From: a virus
Length of the DNA stretch: 64,000 nt
Virus record (IMG/VR): IMGVR_UViG_3300027668_002455
Coordinates: 32,001-96,000 of that record
Direction: 5' to 3' (one strand)
The position numbers and the translations under genes are program-made. This document shows, piece after piece, positions 55,047 through 64,000 of this stretch. Below the pieces are notes generated by a model. That model made no database searches and was not told the DNA's origin. It was given only the letters and a program-made list of their open reading frames with translations. Position 1 is the first letter of the stretch. Each line of letters opens with the position of its first letter.

Positions 55047-56120
55047 ATGATGATAAAAGTTTTAGTGACAGGAGTCTTAGGGCAAGACGGAGCCAACATG
55101 GTAGAGTACCTACTCCGTGAAGTTGGCGATGTAAAGATCTACGGGATGATGCGTCGAAGCGCAAATCCAAATTTTATAAATACTCATAATTTTAAAAATG
55201 ACCCTAATTTTGAATTTATTTATGGTGATCTTAGCGATGATGTTAGTGTCGATAAAATTGTAAAAGACATTCAACCAGATTATTTTATTAATTTTGCAGC
55301 CAATTCATTTGTGGGATGCAGTTGGGATATGCCTCTCCAAGTGATGGATATAAATACCATCGGGGTACTGAGGTGCTTAGAAGCTATTCGTAAATTTAAA
55401 CCAGACTGTCGCTTTTATAGTGCTGGTAGTAGCGAGGAATGGGGTAACGTAGATTATTCGCCACAAGATATAAATCACCCGATTAAACCGAGAAGCCCTT
55501 ACGGAGCTTCCAAGGCAGCGGCGAGACATCTTGTAAAAGTTTATCGTGAATCCCATGATATTTTTGCGGTGCATGGCATTCTTTTTAATCACGAAGGAAC
55601 AAAACGTGGAGAGGAGTTTGTAACAAGGAAAATTACAAAAGCTGTAGCTAAAATATCCCACGAAATTAAAAATAATAAAAATATATCTACGCTCCAACTA
55701 GGGAATCTAGACGCTAAAAGAGATTGGAGTGATAGCGAGGATTTTGTTGAAGGTGTCTGGCTTATGATTAACCAAAATGAACCCAAAGATTATATTTTAT
55801 CAAGCGGAGAAACCCACTCAATTAGAGAATTTGTCGAGCTTGCTTTTTTCATAGCAGGGATTCAAGGGTACTGGGAGGGGTCAGGCGTAGAAGAAACTTA
55901 TAATCTAGAAAATTACATAGCCGAGGAACTTAATACCCAAAATCCAGTTCTTGTTAAAATAAATAAACAATTCTTTCGTCCCGCAGAGGTTGAGCTATTA
56001 CTTGGTGATTCCACCCCGATAAGAGAGGAGCTTGGGTGGACGCCTAAAGTTTCATTTGACAAACTGGTACAAAAGATGGTAGAGTTCGACCTAGATGAAA
56101 AAAAGGTCAACCAAAGCTGA
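55047..56120 (+). CDS. gmd: GDP-mannose 4,6-dehydratase
   Basis: TG..GQDG, SSE, PRSPYGASK, LFNHE, FVTRKI, GNLDAKRDW, FRPAEV. Confidence 0.95.
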   Translation: MMIKVLVTGVLGQDGANMVEYLLREVGDVKIYGMMRRSANPNFINTHNFKNDPNFEFIYGDLSDDVSVDKIVKDIQPDYFINFAANSFVGCSWDMPLQVMDINTIGVLRCLEAIRKFKPDCRFYSAGSSEEWGNVDYSPQDINHPIKPRSPYGASKAAARHLVKVYRESHDIFAVHGILFNHEGTKRGEEFVTRKITKAVAKISHEIKNNKNISTLQLGNLDAKRDWSDSEDFVEGVWLMINQNEPKDYILSSGETHSIREFVELAFFIAGIQGYWEGSGVEETYNLENYIAEELNTQNPVLVKINKQFFRPAEVELLLGDSTPIREELGWTPKVSFDKLVQKMVEFDLDEKKVNQS

Positions 56121-56442
56121 AGCTACTCTTACTAAATACATTGTAAGTAAATTTCTTCCTCACTTGGCGCAAAGCAGGTGGCCTCACGAAAGAGCTATAG
56201 CTAAAAAGCTAGTTGAAAAATATCCCGATAAGAAATTCTGGGAGACTCTACCACCCTACCCCAAGCTGTATAGCCTGTCGTGGTTCCTGAAATTTCAATC
56301 TTACTACCTAAGCGACCACACCCTAGTTTACAAAGCTACGGGAGAACAGGTAGCAAAAGATTATAACTTTCAAAAAGAAAAAATTGGAGAAGATTTTAAA
56401 ATTGACAAAAAGCCCAAGAACACCTTAGACTTTTTTGATTAA
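56095..56442 (+). CDS. Hypothetical protein
   Basis: ORF preceding recA. Confidence 0.55.
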   Translation: MKKRSTKAEATLTKYIVSKFLPHLAQSRWPHERAIAKKLVEKYPDKKFWETLPPYPKLYSLSWFLKFQSYYLSDHTLVYKATGEQVAKDYNFQKEKIGEDFKIDKKPKNTLDFFD

Positions 56443-56450
56443 ATATTATT

Positions 56451-57551
56451 ATGTCACCACGTAAGAAAAAAGAAGAAACCTCCATGGGAGGATCAGTAGA
56501 TGCCCTTTATAAGCACCTCAAGCACAGCGATGATGAACACTACTCCTTCAGTGAGGCTGTGGACTATCGTGTCTCAAGTGGAAGCCTAAACCTCGACCTG
56601 CAAATGGGTGGAGGACTAAACCCCGGCATTAATGTTTTTAGCGGGGTTGCGGGTGGTGGTAAAACTTCATGTGCATTAACCTTCGCAGCTAATTTTCAAA
56701 AAGAAACTAAAAACTCATTTGTAGTTTACATTAAGGCTGAAGGAAGAATGTCAGACAGGATTATTAAATCCACAGGCATCGATACATCAAAAGACAAGTG
56801 GTTTTTATATTCTGGAAATATTTTTGAAAACGTTGGAGCTTTAATAAAAAACTGCATTGACCAAAACCCCGATAACCTGAAGTACATGTTTATCATTGAT
56901 AGCATGGATGCCCTTATACTCAAAGATGACGCAGAAAAAGGTCTAGACCAAGCTGTCAAGGTCGCAGGGGGTGCGTTACTAACCTCGACACTGTGTAAAA
57001 GGCTCGCACTCAGGACTGCCCACAATGGTCACATTGCCTTATGTATTTGTCAGGTAAGAAGTAAGGTAAGCATTAATCCCTATGCCAAAGAAGACCCAAA
57101 GCTTTCTAATAATTCAGGCGGCAATGCGCTTCAGCACTATGCTAATTGGATTTTAGAATTTCAAAGCAACCATTACAAATCCTCTAAATTTTTTAACAAG
57201 GACAAGGATGATGCAGTCGGGCACCTATGTAAAATCGCCATACGCAAGTCCATGACCGAGAATGTAGGAAAGGTGGTGGAGTATCCAATTAAATATAAAT
57301 CTGAAAACGGAAGTGTTTGGGTGGAGCGTGAAATTATAAATCAATTAGGTGCGTGGGAGATGATAAAGAAAAGCGGTGCATGGATATCTTTTAATGAAGA
57401 AACTTTAAAAGACTTAATCGCTCAGGGCTATAGTGTAGAAGAAAAATTTCAAGGAGAAGACAATCTACTTCAATTTTTTGAAGAGAACCCCGAAGTTACT
57501 CGTTATTTTTTCACCAAATTTAAAGCGACGCTAGAATCACTATTTAAATGA
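56451..57551 (+). CDS. RecA/UvsX-like recombinase
   Basis: SGSLNLD, G..GGGKT, AE, IIDS, QVR, GGNAL.HYA, KSGAW. Confidence 0.9.
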   Translation: MSPRKKKEETSMGGSVDALYKHLKHSDDEHYSFSEAVDYRVSSGSLNLDLQMGGGLNPGINVFSGVAGGGKTSCALTFAANFQKETKNSFVVYIKAEGRMSDRIIKSTGIDTSKDKWFLYSGNIFENVGALIKNCIDQNPDNLKYMFIIDSMDALILKDDAEKGLDQAVKVAGGALLTSTLCKRLALRTAHNGHIALCICQVRSKVSINPYAKEDPKLSNNSGGNALQHYANWILEFQSNHYKSSKFFNKDKDDAVGHLCKIAIRKSMTENVGKVVEYPIKYKSENGSVWVEREIINQLGAWEMIKKSGAWISFNEETLKDLIAQGYSVEEKFQGEDNLLQFFEENPEVTRYFFTKFKATLESLFK

Positions 57552-57964
57552 GACTTTTAAATATTCACGGAAAATTAGTTTATAAAAGCGTTGGAAAGAA
57601 ACGCATTAAGTGGAACAAAAAAAGTCGTTCCAAATTACAAACTACAGCTAAAAACTTCCTTGCTGGAATTTGGAAAAAGCATATAGTTTTTGAGGAGTTT
57701 CCTGTCTACGGAACTCGCATGTCTGTTGACTTCTTAAACGCGACAAAAAAAATTGCAATAGAAGTTAACGGCAGACAACACTCTGAATATGTGAAATTTT
57801 TCCACGGCTCTCGATTAAATTATTTTAACTCCATTAAAAGGGATGTTAAAAAAGCAGAGTGGCTGGAAATGAATGGATTTACCTTAATAGAGATAGACAG
57901 GGAAGATGTAGAGCAATTATCGGTGGAGTACATCGAAAAAGAATTTAACGTAACATTAATATAA
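57548..57964 (+). CDS. DUF559/Vsr-like endonuclease
   Basis: VDF...IAIEVNGRQH...RD..K...NG. Confidence 0.75.
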   Translation: MRLLNIHGKLVYKSVGKKRIKWNKKSRSKLQTTAKNFLAGIWKKHIVFEEFPVYGTRMSVDFLNATKKIAIEVNGRQHSEYVKFFHGSRLNYFNSIKRDVKKAEWLEMNGFTLIEIDREDVEQLSVEYIEKEFNVTLI

Positions 57965-57981
57965 AGAAAAAAAAAGAATAC

Positions 57982-59559
57982 ATGTCTGAAGAAAAAAAAT
58001 TCAATGAAGATAAACTTAAATCTCTTAGATTAGAGAAGCAAGCTTTGGGTTACTTACTCAAAAGCAAAAACAAAGAACAAGACTATTATGACGTAGCGCC
58101 GATTTTAACCGAAAGGTCCTTTGTAGATATTTATAATAAAAAAATATTTAATACGATAGTGCTCTTACTTAAAAGTGGGAATGAAATTAATACTACGTCC
58201 GTAGCACAGAAGCTTTCGGATTGGAACATTACCCACAAAGATGGCAATGATATAGACAACTATCTCGGAGCAGTGAGTTTTACCCAGTCCAACAAGAAGG
58301 GTTTTGGGGAGTGCTGCAAAGACCTTTATAAGCTTTCCCTGAGGAGGGACGCTTTTGAGCGAGCCAAGGAAATTGCCGCAGCCCAATTTAGTAATGCTGA
58401 TCAGTCCCCCCTCCAAATCATGAACGAAATAAATCGAATCGTTGATGACTTTCAGATTGGAGCTACCGATGATGTTGAACCAACCTTTATTCTAGAAGGG
58501 CTAGCTGATCATATTAAGGAAAAGGCAAACTCACCCCAGAAAGCAGTAGGTATTCCGTGGCCCTACGAAGAACTTAATGATGCATGTGGAGGGTTGCGGT
58601 TTGGAGATTTACATATGATTCTGGCAGATACAGGGGCGGGAAAAACTACGCTGCTTATGGATATCGCTCTCAAAGTAGCTCTTGGCGGTCATCATGTTAT
58701 TTATCTTAATACTGAAATGCAAGACGATGAAATGAGGGATCGCCTAGGAGGTATGCTCTCAGGGATCGAGCCAATACTTATTTCAACCGGACAGCTAAGA
58801 AAAGAGGTGGTAGAGTACAATAAGTTTATTGACAAAGAGGACGAGATGGAAAGCGTAGCAGCAAAAGCGGGAAAATTTCTCATTCACAAAACAGTATCAC
58901 ATATGAGTATTGAGGAGGTTGAATCATACATCAAATACGTATATCACCGCTACGTGGGGAAAGGAAAACCCTGTTTAATTTGCTATGACTACCTTAAAAT
59001 GACGGGTGAAAAGACAGCTGGCCACAATCAAGAGTATCAAATTATCCGCAATAAGTCAGCCCAACTCAAAAGAATTGCTCTAAGTCTTAACTCTCCGGTT
59101 CTTACCGCAATTCAATCTAACAGACAGCCCGACGACGATACGTTGCCCCTCAAATCAGTCCTAAAGGTTGACTCGACAGCGATGGCTATGTCCCACAGTG
59201 CCTCTTGGGACTGTTCTTTCCTCGGGTTTTACAAACAGAAGGATGAAAGAGAGCGGGAGCTTGATGGTCTGGATCGTGGCACTCATAAAGTTGTACCATT
59301 AAAAATCCGAGCATGGGGACTTCGTGGATTAGACTATGAGAGAGCACTCAGAAGGGAAACTCCAGATGGATTAATTTTTCAAAAAAACCATATTAATCTA
59401 CAGCGCGGAATCTTTACCCTTGAACCCCGTGGAACTTTAAGTGATATCATCAACCGCTCTGACATACAGGGAAATGATCGAGAGTCTACTGACGCCACTC
59501 AGGACGAAGAAACAGCCGCAACCCCAGTAGCAGTGAGCCGTGATGATGGAACATTATAG
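57982..59559 (+). CDS. dnaB: Replicative DnaB-like helicase
   Basis: DnaB N-domain, A.TGAGKT, NTEM, YDYL, Q.NR. Confidence 0.9.
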   Translation: MSEEKKFNEDKLKSLRLEKQALGYLLKSKNKEQDYYDVAPILTERSFVDIYNKKIFNTIVLLLKSGNEINTTSVAQKLSDWNITHKDGNDIDNYLGAVSFTQSNKKGFGECCKDLYKLSLRRDAFERAKEIAAAQFSNADQSPLQIMNEINRIVDDFQIGATDDVEPTFILEGLADHIKEKANSPQKAVGIPWPYEELNDACGGLRFGDLHMILADTGAGKTTLLMDIALKVALGGHHVIYLNTEMQDDEMRDRLGGMLSGIEPILISTGQLRKEVVEYNKFIDKEDEMESVAAKAGKFLIHKTVSHMSIEEVESYIKYVYHRYVGKGKPCLICYDYLKMTGEKTAGHNQEYQIIRNKSAQLKRIALSLNSPVLTAIQSNRQPDDDTLPLKSVLKVDSTAMAMSHSASWDCSFLGFYKQKDERERELDGLDRGTHKVVPLKIRAWGLRGLDYERALRRETPDGLIFQKNHINLQRGIFTLEPRGTLSDIINRSDIQGNDRESTDATQDEETAATPVAVSRDDGTL

Positions 59560-60467
59560 TGGGTGATATTAAACACATAATGATGACCTTGGGGTTTAGT
59601 AACATTACTGAGCTCGCTAAAGAATATCGAGCCCTACCGATCCATCGTGACTCAGGCAACAGCACTGTCATGTCCGTCAAAAAAGACACGGGCTACTTTG
59701 TAGATTATGGAAGAAACATATCAGGTCCGCTTGAAGAGCTCGTTCAGCTATGTCTAGAGTGCTCCCGAGAGGATGCAAAAAAATGGCTTGAATCTGAACA
59801 GGGTTTTGTGGTAACGAGGCGTCCAGTTTTTGATGCGCCAGATAAAGTTTATAAAACCCTTTCAGCCAACACCTTTGATGAAGTTATCCGTGACCACTCC
59901 TACTGGGTGGGACGCGGTATTAATGAAAACACGATGGGAGTCTTTGAGGGGGGCGTTTTTGAAAAAGGAAGAATGAAAAATCGTTATACCTTTCCCATTT
60001 TTGATGTGGACAAAAAACTTGTGGGGGTTTCCGGAAGATACATTCACCCGATAAAGAAAGATTCCAAAATACCCAAATGGAAACACATTGGAGAAAAATC
60101 AAAGTGGCAATATCCCGCGCATTTTAATGGTCACATTATAGAAGAAAAATCTTGTGCGATAATAGTAGAAAGTATAGGGGATATGCTAGCCCTTTGGGAT
60201 GCGGGTATTAAAAATGTAATAGTTAATTTTGGATTAAACGTAAGTTTTGCTATAATTAACACACTGATAAAACACGATGTAGAAAAGATTGTGTTAGCCC
60301 TAAACAACGATGAAAATCTCGCAGGGAATCAAGCCGCTCAAAAAGCTCATAAGAAACTGTTAAAATTTTTTGATAGAGATCAAATCCAAATCTGTTTTCC
60401 AACAAAAAATGATTTTGGAGAAATGCAAAAGGAGGAAATTCAAGGATGGGAAAAAACAATAAAATGA
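59559..60467 (+). CDS. DNA primase (TOPRIM)
   Basis: R..FPI....VG.SGR, KW, IVESIGD, L.ND.AG, DFGE. Confidence 0.85.
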   Translation: MGDIKHIMMTLGFSNITELAKEYRALPIHRDSGNSTVMSVKKDTGYFVDYGRNISGPLEELVQLCLECSREDAKKWLESEQGFVVTRRPVFDAPDKVYKTLSANTFDEVIRDHSYWVGRGINENTMGVFEGGVFEKGRMKNRYTFPIFDVDKKLVGVSGRYIHPIKKDSKIPKWKHIGEKSKWQYPAHFNGHIIEEKSCAIIVESIGDMLALWDAGIKNVIVNFGLNVSFAIINTLIKHDVEKIVLALNNDENLAGNQAAQKAHKKLLKFFDRDQIQICFPTKNDFGEMQKEEIQGWEKTIK

Positions 60468-61471
60468 AATCGATGCTCTCAGCTTCAAGGATTAAAAATC
60501 TTGAGTCTTGCACTTGGAGTTACTGGTGCAAATATCACCTCCACCTCCCAGAGACTAACAATGAAGGTGCAATGCGTGGCTCCATATGTCATTTGGTCTT
60601 TGAGCTTATACAAACCAAAAAACATAAAAAGCATTTTAAATTAATCACAAAAAGTAATCGTATTGAAAGCTCCCCTTCTATAACTAGGTTAATAAATAAA
60701 CACTTAAATGCCTATGGTATAAATACTGAAGAGAATTATGAAATGATCAACGATATGATATTGGTTGGTTTGCATGACGATTTTTACTGCAAAGGAAGCA
60801 CTCTGCTTGACCCCGAATATGAATTTAACCTAGAAAACGGAGACCCCGAATATGTAGTTCGTGGATTCATAGACAAGGCAGCAAAGTACACAAAAGATAA
60901 AAAGATTCTAATTAAAGATTACAAGAGCAGCAAAAAAAGATTCTCAGGCAGTGAATTAACAGCGAACCTACAGGGGATGATTTACAGCCTTGTTGCGACA
61001 AAAACGTGGCCCAAGCTCAAACCAATAGTTCAATTTTGTTTTTTAAAATTTCCAAACGAGCCCATTCAAGAATTAGAGTTTTCAAAAGAAGAGCTTGCTG
61101 GTTTAGAAGTTTATCTTTCTCACTCTTATAAAATCATAAACAACTTTAACGAAGCAACGGCAAAGAGTAAATTTGCTGCAGATGAACCCTTTCCAAAAGC
61201 TGACGAAGGATTTAAAGGTCCTCTTTATTGTGGTTTTGCAAAATATCCGGGCCATCTAAAAAAAGACGGAACCACGATGTGGCACTGTCCTTACAAGTTT
61301 GCTTTTGATTATTATGAGCTTACAGATAAAGATGGTAAAAGGCTTAAGACGGCTTTTACTGCTGAAGAATTAAACGCTAAAGATGATCAAGAGATTGTAA
61401 AAAAGAAATATGCAGGATGTCCACGTCATATACGACACGATAGTGGTGACGACGATGATTTTGGTTTTTAA
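60464..61471 (+). CDS. PD-(D/E)XK exonuclease (RecB/Cas4-like)
   Basis: LSAS...C, G...H, GFID...DYKS, Q...Y, C-terminal Cys cluster. Confidence 0.85.
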   Translation: MKSMLSASRIKNLESCTWSYWCKYHLHLPETNNEGAMRGSICHLVFELIQTKKHKKHFKLITKSNRIESSPSITRLINKHLNAYGINTEENYEMINDMILVGLHDDFYCKGSTLLDPEYEFNLENGDPEYVVRGFIDKAAKYTKDKKILIKDYKSSKKRFSGSELTANLQGMIYSLVATKTWPKLKPIVQFCFLKFPNEPIQELEFSKEELAGLEVYLSHSYKIINNFNEATAKSKFAADEPFPKADEGFKGPLYCGFAKYPGHLKKDGTTMWHCPYKFAFDYYELTDKDGKRLKTAFTAEELNAKDDQEIVKKKYAGCPRHIRHDSGDDDDFGF

Positions 61472-61473
61472 AC

Positions 61474-61503
61474 TTGACAAAGACCCGTCTTAGGTGCTAT
61501 CTT
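61474..61503 (+). promoter_or_regulatory. Sigma70 promoter TTGACA-N18-TATCTT, 6 nt before ATG 61510
   Basis: Consensus match. Confidence 0.6.
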
Positions 61504-61509
61504 GTTGTA

Positions 61510-62262
61510 ATGGTCTTACCACTCTTTAAAACGCACTACTCTCTCGGGAAGAGCATTCTAACCCTTAATAAAAAGGGTTCCTCTATACCCAAGGGGCCCG
61601 ACTCTGTGATAGATATTTGTTTGGAAAATAAAATTAAAGAATTCTATCTAGTAGAAGATAACATGGGAAGCTTCTTACAGGCTTATGATAGCACTCAGGA
61701 TGAGGACTTAAGTTTCAGATTTGGATTACGATTAAATGTTTGTGGGAATCGTACAGAAAAAGGGGAGGAGGCTCTACGAGCTACTTCAAAATATATAATT
61801 TTTGCCCGTGACGAAGGGGGCTACAAGAGTCTCATTAAAATATATAGCGACGCCGCTAGCACCGGTTTCTATTATGAACCTCGAACTGATTTTGAATTTT
61901 TAAGAGAAATTTGGGATGATAAGCACCTAGCTTTAGCAGTACCTTTTTATGACTCCTTCTTATTCAGAAACACACTCGAAGACGGCGAATGCATCCCTGA
62001 GCTAGATTTTACGGCTCCCGTTTTCCTTCGTGAAGATAATGGATTACCTTTTGATGTAATCATGCGTCGTCGGGTAGAAAATTTTTGCGAAGATAAATAT
62101 GAAATGCAAGAATCTAAAAGTATCTACTATAAAAACAAAGAAGATTTCATGGCCTATTTAACAATGCGCTGCGTTAGTAAACGAACCACGTGGAGTAAGC
62201 CCAACTTTAATCATTTATCGAGTGATGAATTTAGCCTTGAAAGCTGGCAAGAAAAAAAATGA
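61510..62262 (+). CDS. Stand-alone PHP domain of DNA polymerase III alpha
   Basis: THYS.GKS, FAR...GY..L.KI.S.A...GFYY.PR.D. Confidence 0.75.
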   Translation: MVLPLFKTHYSLGKSILTLNKKGSSIPKGPDSVIDICLENKIKEFYLVEDNMGSFLQAYDSTQDEDLSFRFGLRLNVCGNRTEKGEEALRATSKYIIFARDEGGYKSLIKIYSDAASTGFYYEPRTDFEFLREIWDDKHLALAVPFYDSFLFRNTLEDGECIPELDFTAPVFLREDNGLPFDVIMRRRVENFCEDKYEMQESKSIYYKNKEDFMAYLTMRCVSKRTTWSKPNFNHLSSDEFSLESWQEKK

Positions 62263-62786
62263 CAATACAACTTACAGAAAAAGAATTAACTTGGTGTGAA
62301 GGACAAGCACAAAAAAGGCATGACAAAAAAAACATGCGCTTTAGGAATACTGGTATCTTGATGGAGAACGTGAACTCCTCAAAGCATAAGTTTTATCTCC
62401 CACACCTTACGGGGATTGTTGGCGAAAAAGCCTACGGAAAACTAATAGGAGCAGAAGTAGACACTCGCCTCTATGACGTAAGAGATGGTGGAGAAGATTT
62501 TAAGGGGGTAGAAGTAAAAACGATTACGTATTTTGGATCAGGAGAGCCTGAGTTAAAAATTAAAAAAGCAGAATACGAATCAAAAACCCCAGAACTTTAT
62601 GTATTAGCGAGAGTAAAAACAGATGGCTTGTGCAAAGTTGAACTGCTAGGGAAAATAACTAGAAAAAACTTTGATATACATAAAAAATCAAAGCAGTACG
62701 GAGTAAATAAGCCGGAGAACTGGGTGGTAGGCCTAAGCTCTATGGAACTCTTCGTAAATAAAATAGATGAAGAATTTGGATTTTAA
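62259..62786 (+). CDS. Hypothetical protein, possibly PD-(D/E)XK fold
   Basis: G..GE.A...D.G.DF...EVKT. Confidence 0.55.
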   Translation: MTIQLTEKELTWCEGQAQKRHDKKNMRFRNTGILMENVNSSKHKFYLPHLTGIVGEKAYGKLIGAEVDTRLYDVRDGGEDFKGVEVKTITYFGSGEPELKIKKAEYESKTPELYVLARVKTDGLCKVELLGKITRKNFDIHKKSKQYGVNKPENWVVGLSSMELFVNKIDEEFGF

Positions 62787-62788
62787 AA

Positions 62789-63427
62789 ATGGACTCGCAC
62801 TTACTTAGATTTGACAAAGATAAAACTTTTGTTTTCATTGATTTTGAAACAGAGAACCTATGCCTTAACTTTCGGCAAAATATACCGTGGCAAATGGCGA
62901 TGATCAAGGTTCGCGGTGATTCAAAATTTGATGAACGTGATATAATGATTAAATGGGATCGTGAGCTCCGAGTGAGTCCTGAAGCAGCGCGGATTACCCG
63001 TTTTAGTGATGAAAAATATAAAAGCTTAAGAAAGCCACACGAAAAAGTTTTCCCCCTGATGGAAAAGTGGCTAGAAGAAGCAGACTATATTGTGGGACAT
63101 AATATCCTTGGGTTTGATATCTATTTAATTTTAGAATTTTATAAGAAAATGGGCAAAAACGGAGCTCATTTAGTAGATAAAATGATTGATACCTTCTGCC
63201 TCTCCAAAGCATACAAATTAGGCTCTCAGAAGCCCTCTGAGGCCTCTTTGATAGAGTTTCAGTATCGGTGCCTCGATATCCGTAAGAAGCGCTTAGGGTG
63301 CAGTTTACAAGCAATAGCGAGAAATTTTGATATTGAGCATAATTACGATAAACTACATGACGCGTTAGTAGATTTAGATCTAAATTTAAAGGTGTGGAAC
63401 AAATTAAAATGGCAATTAGAAGTATGA
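62789..63427 (+). CDS. DEDDh 3'-5' exonuclease (DnaQ-like)
   Basis: DFETE, GHN..GFD, IDT, HDAL.D. Confidence 0.9.
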   Translation: MDSHLLRFDKDKTFVFIDFETENLCLNFRQNIPWQMAMIKVRGDSKFDERDIMIKWDRELRVSPEAARITRFSDEKYKSLRKPHEKVFPLMEKWLEEADYIVGHNILGFDIYLILEFYKKMGKNGAHLVDKMIDTFCLSKAYKLGSQKPSEASLIEFQYRCLDIRKKRLGCSLQAIARNFDIEHNYDKLHDALVDLDLNLKVWNKLKWQLEV

Positions 63428-64000
63428 GCAATTTAACTAAAAACTTTAAAAAATACGACCTCGACATTAAGGGAGTAAGGCTCCCTTCGTTTGAGATTTC
63501 TCCAGAAGAGAAGGAGAGAGTAGGCACAAAAAAAGATTGTGATAACCTTACCTTCTTGACCGCCCTCTGCGACAATCAACTGAAGGTAATCAAGAAGAAA
63601 GTCACGCCCGAAAAATACACTGAGTATGTTAAGAGGACTAAATATGAACTTAAAATATTAAATGAATTAAGTTTTGTTGATTACATTCTTCTTGTTTGGG
63701 ATGTTATTAACTTTTGCAAAAATGAAGAGGTAGCAACAGGAATGGGTCGGGGAAGTGCCGCAGGAAGCCTCGTGCTTTATTTAATTGGGGTGACACGCAT
63801 CAACCCAATCGTTAATGACTTATATTTCGAGAGATTTGTTTCCAAGGTCCGAGCTAAAAAGCAGGTAGTAGATGGAGTAACTTATCTCGACGGAGCGTTG
63901 ATGGCAGATATCGATCTTGATATTTGTTACTATGATCGTGATAAGGTTTTAAAATATTTAGGAGAAAAATTCAAAGGAAAAACTTCTAAGATTCTTACCC
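63424..64000 (+). CDS. dnaE: DNA polymerase III alpha catalytic subunit lacking the PHP domain, partial (runs off the window)
   Basis: Manual translation: R..YEL......F.DY.L.V.D, GRGSAAGSLV.Y..G.T..NP, FERF, DIDLD. Confidence 0.92.
   Translation, partial: MSNLTKNFKKYDLDIKGVRLPSFEISPEEKERVGTKKDCDNLTFLTALCDNQLKVIKKKVTPEKYTEYVKRTKYELKILNELSFVDYILLVWDVINFCKNEEVATGMGRGSAAGSLVLYLIGVTRINPIVNDLYFERFVSKVRAKKQVVDGVTYLDGALMADIDLDICYYDRDKVLKYLGEKFKGKTSKILT

Noticed and set aside
42844-59559. Inteins or introns in nrdA, recA or dnaB
   Set aside because: Lengths are normal, motifs are contiguous, and no C-terminal HN-C/S/T intein junction was seen.
60464-61471. Cas4-like nuclease as evidence of a CRISPR-Cas system
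   Set aside because: No array or other cas genes are present. Its position in the replisome block fits a stand-alone phage exonuclease.
63003-63575. 190-aa minus-strand ORF and other antisense ORFs in the track (e.g. 2377-2880, 8213-8710, 36958-37521)
   Set aside because: They are antisense to well-supported genes and carry no recognisable motifs.
1-64000. Stop-codon reassignment (alternative genetic code)
   Set aside because: Conserved genes (nrdA, nrdB, gmd, guaC, ALDH, dnaB) are full length in code 11, and no suppressor tRNA was seen.

Overview
This window looks like a 64 kb slice of a large (jumbo-type) bacteriophage genome. The evidence is very dense, translationally coupled genes, many short orphans, a phage-type dNMP kinase, a sigma factor, a RecA/DnaB/primase/split DnaE replisome block, nrdAB, dUTPase and dCMP deaminase, ribosomal protein bS21, tRNA-Arg(UCU) and a tmRNA. 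No capsid, terminase or tail genes lie in the window, so the phage call is an inference. The class Ic-like NrdB weakly hints at a PVC-group host. Genes run on the minus strand from 1 to 24.9 kb and mostly on the plus strand from 24.9 to 64 kb, with back-to-back sigma70 promoters at the switch. About 25 genes make or decorate glycans. The most notable items are: (1) a ~390-nt multi-stem non-coding element at 22.1-22.5 kb, probably antisense to its neighbours; (2) a MotA/ExbB plus Asp-TM/YfaP-like gene pair interleaved with unannotated micro membrane proteins; (3) a lysine 6-dehydrogenase, aldehyde dehydrogenase and single-domain HPPD-like dioxygenase trio; (4) a tmRNA with a 31-codon tag alongside a phage ClpP; (5) two promoter classes, near-leaderless sigma70 and a recurrent GTGTAA element; (6) an unannotated metallothionein-like lipoprotein. 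All functional calls come from motif recognition by eye, with no database search.
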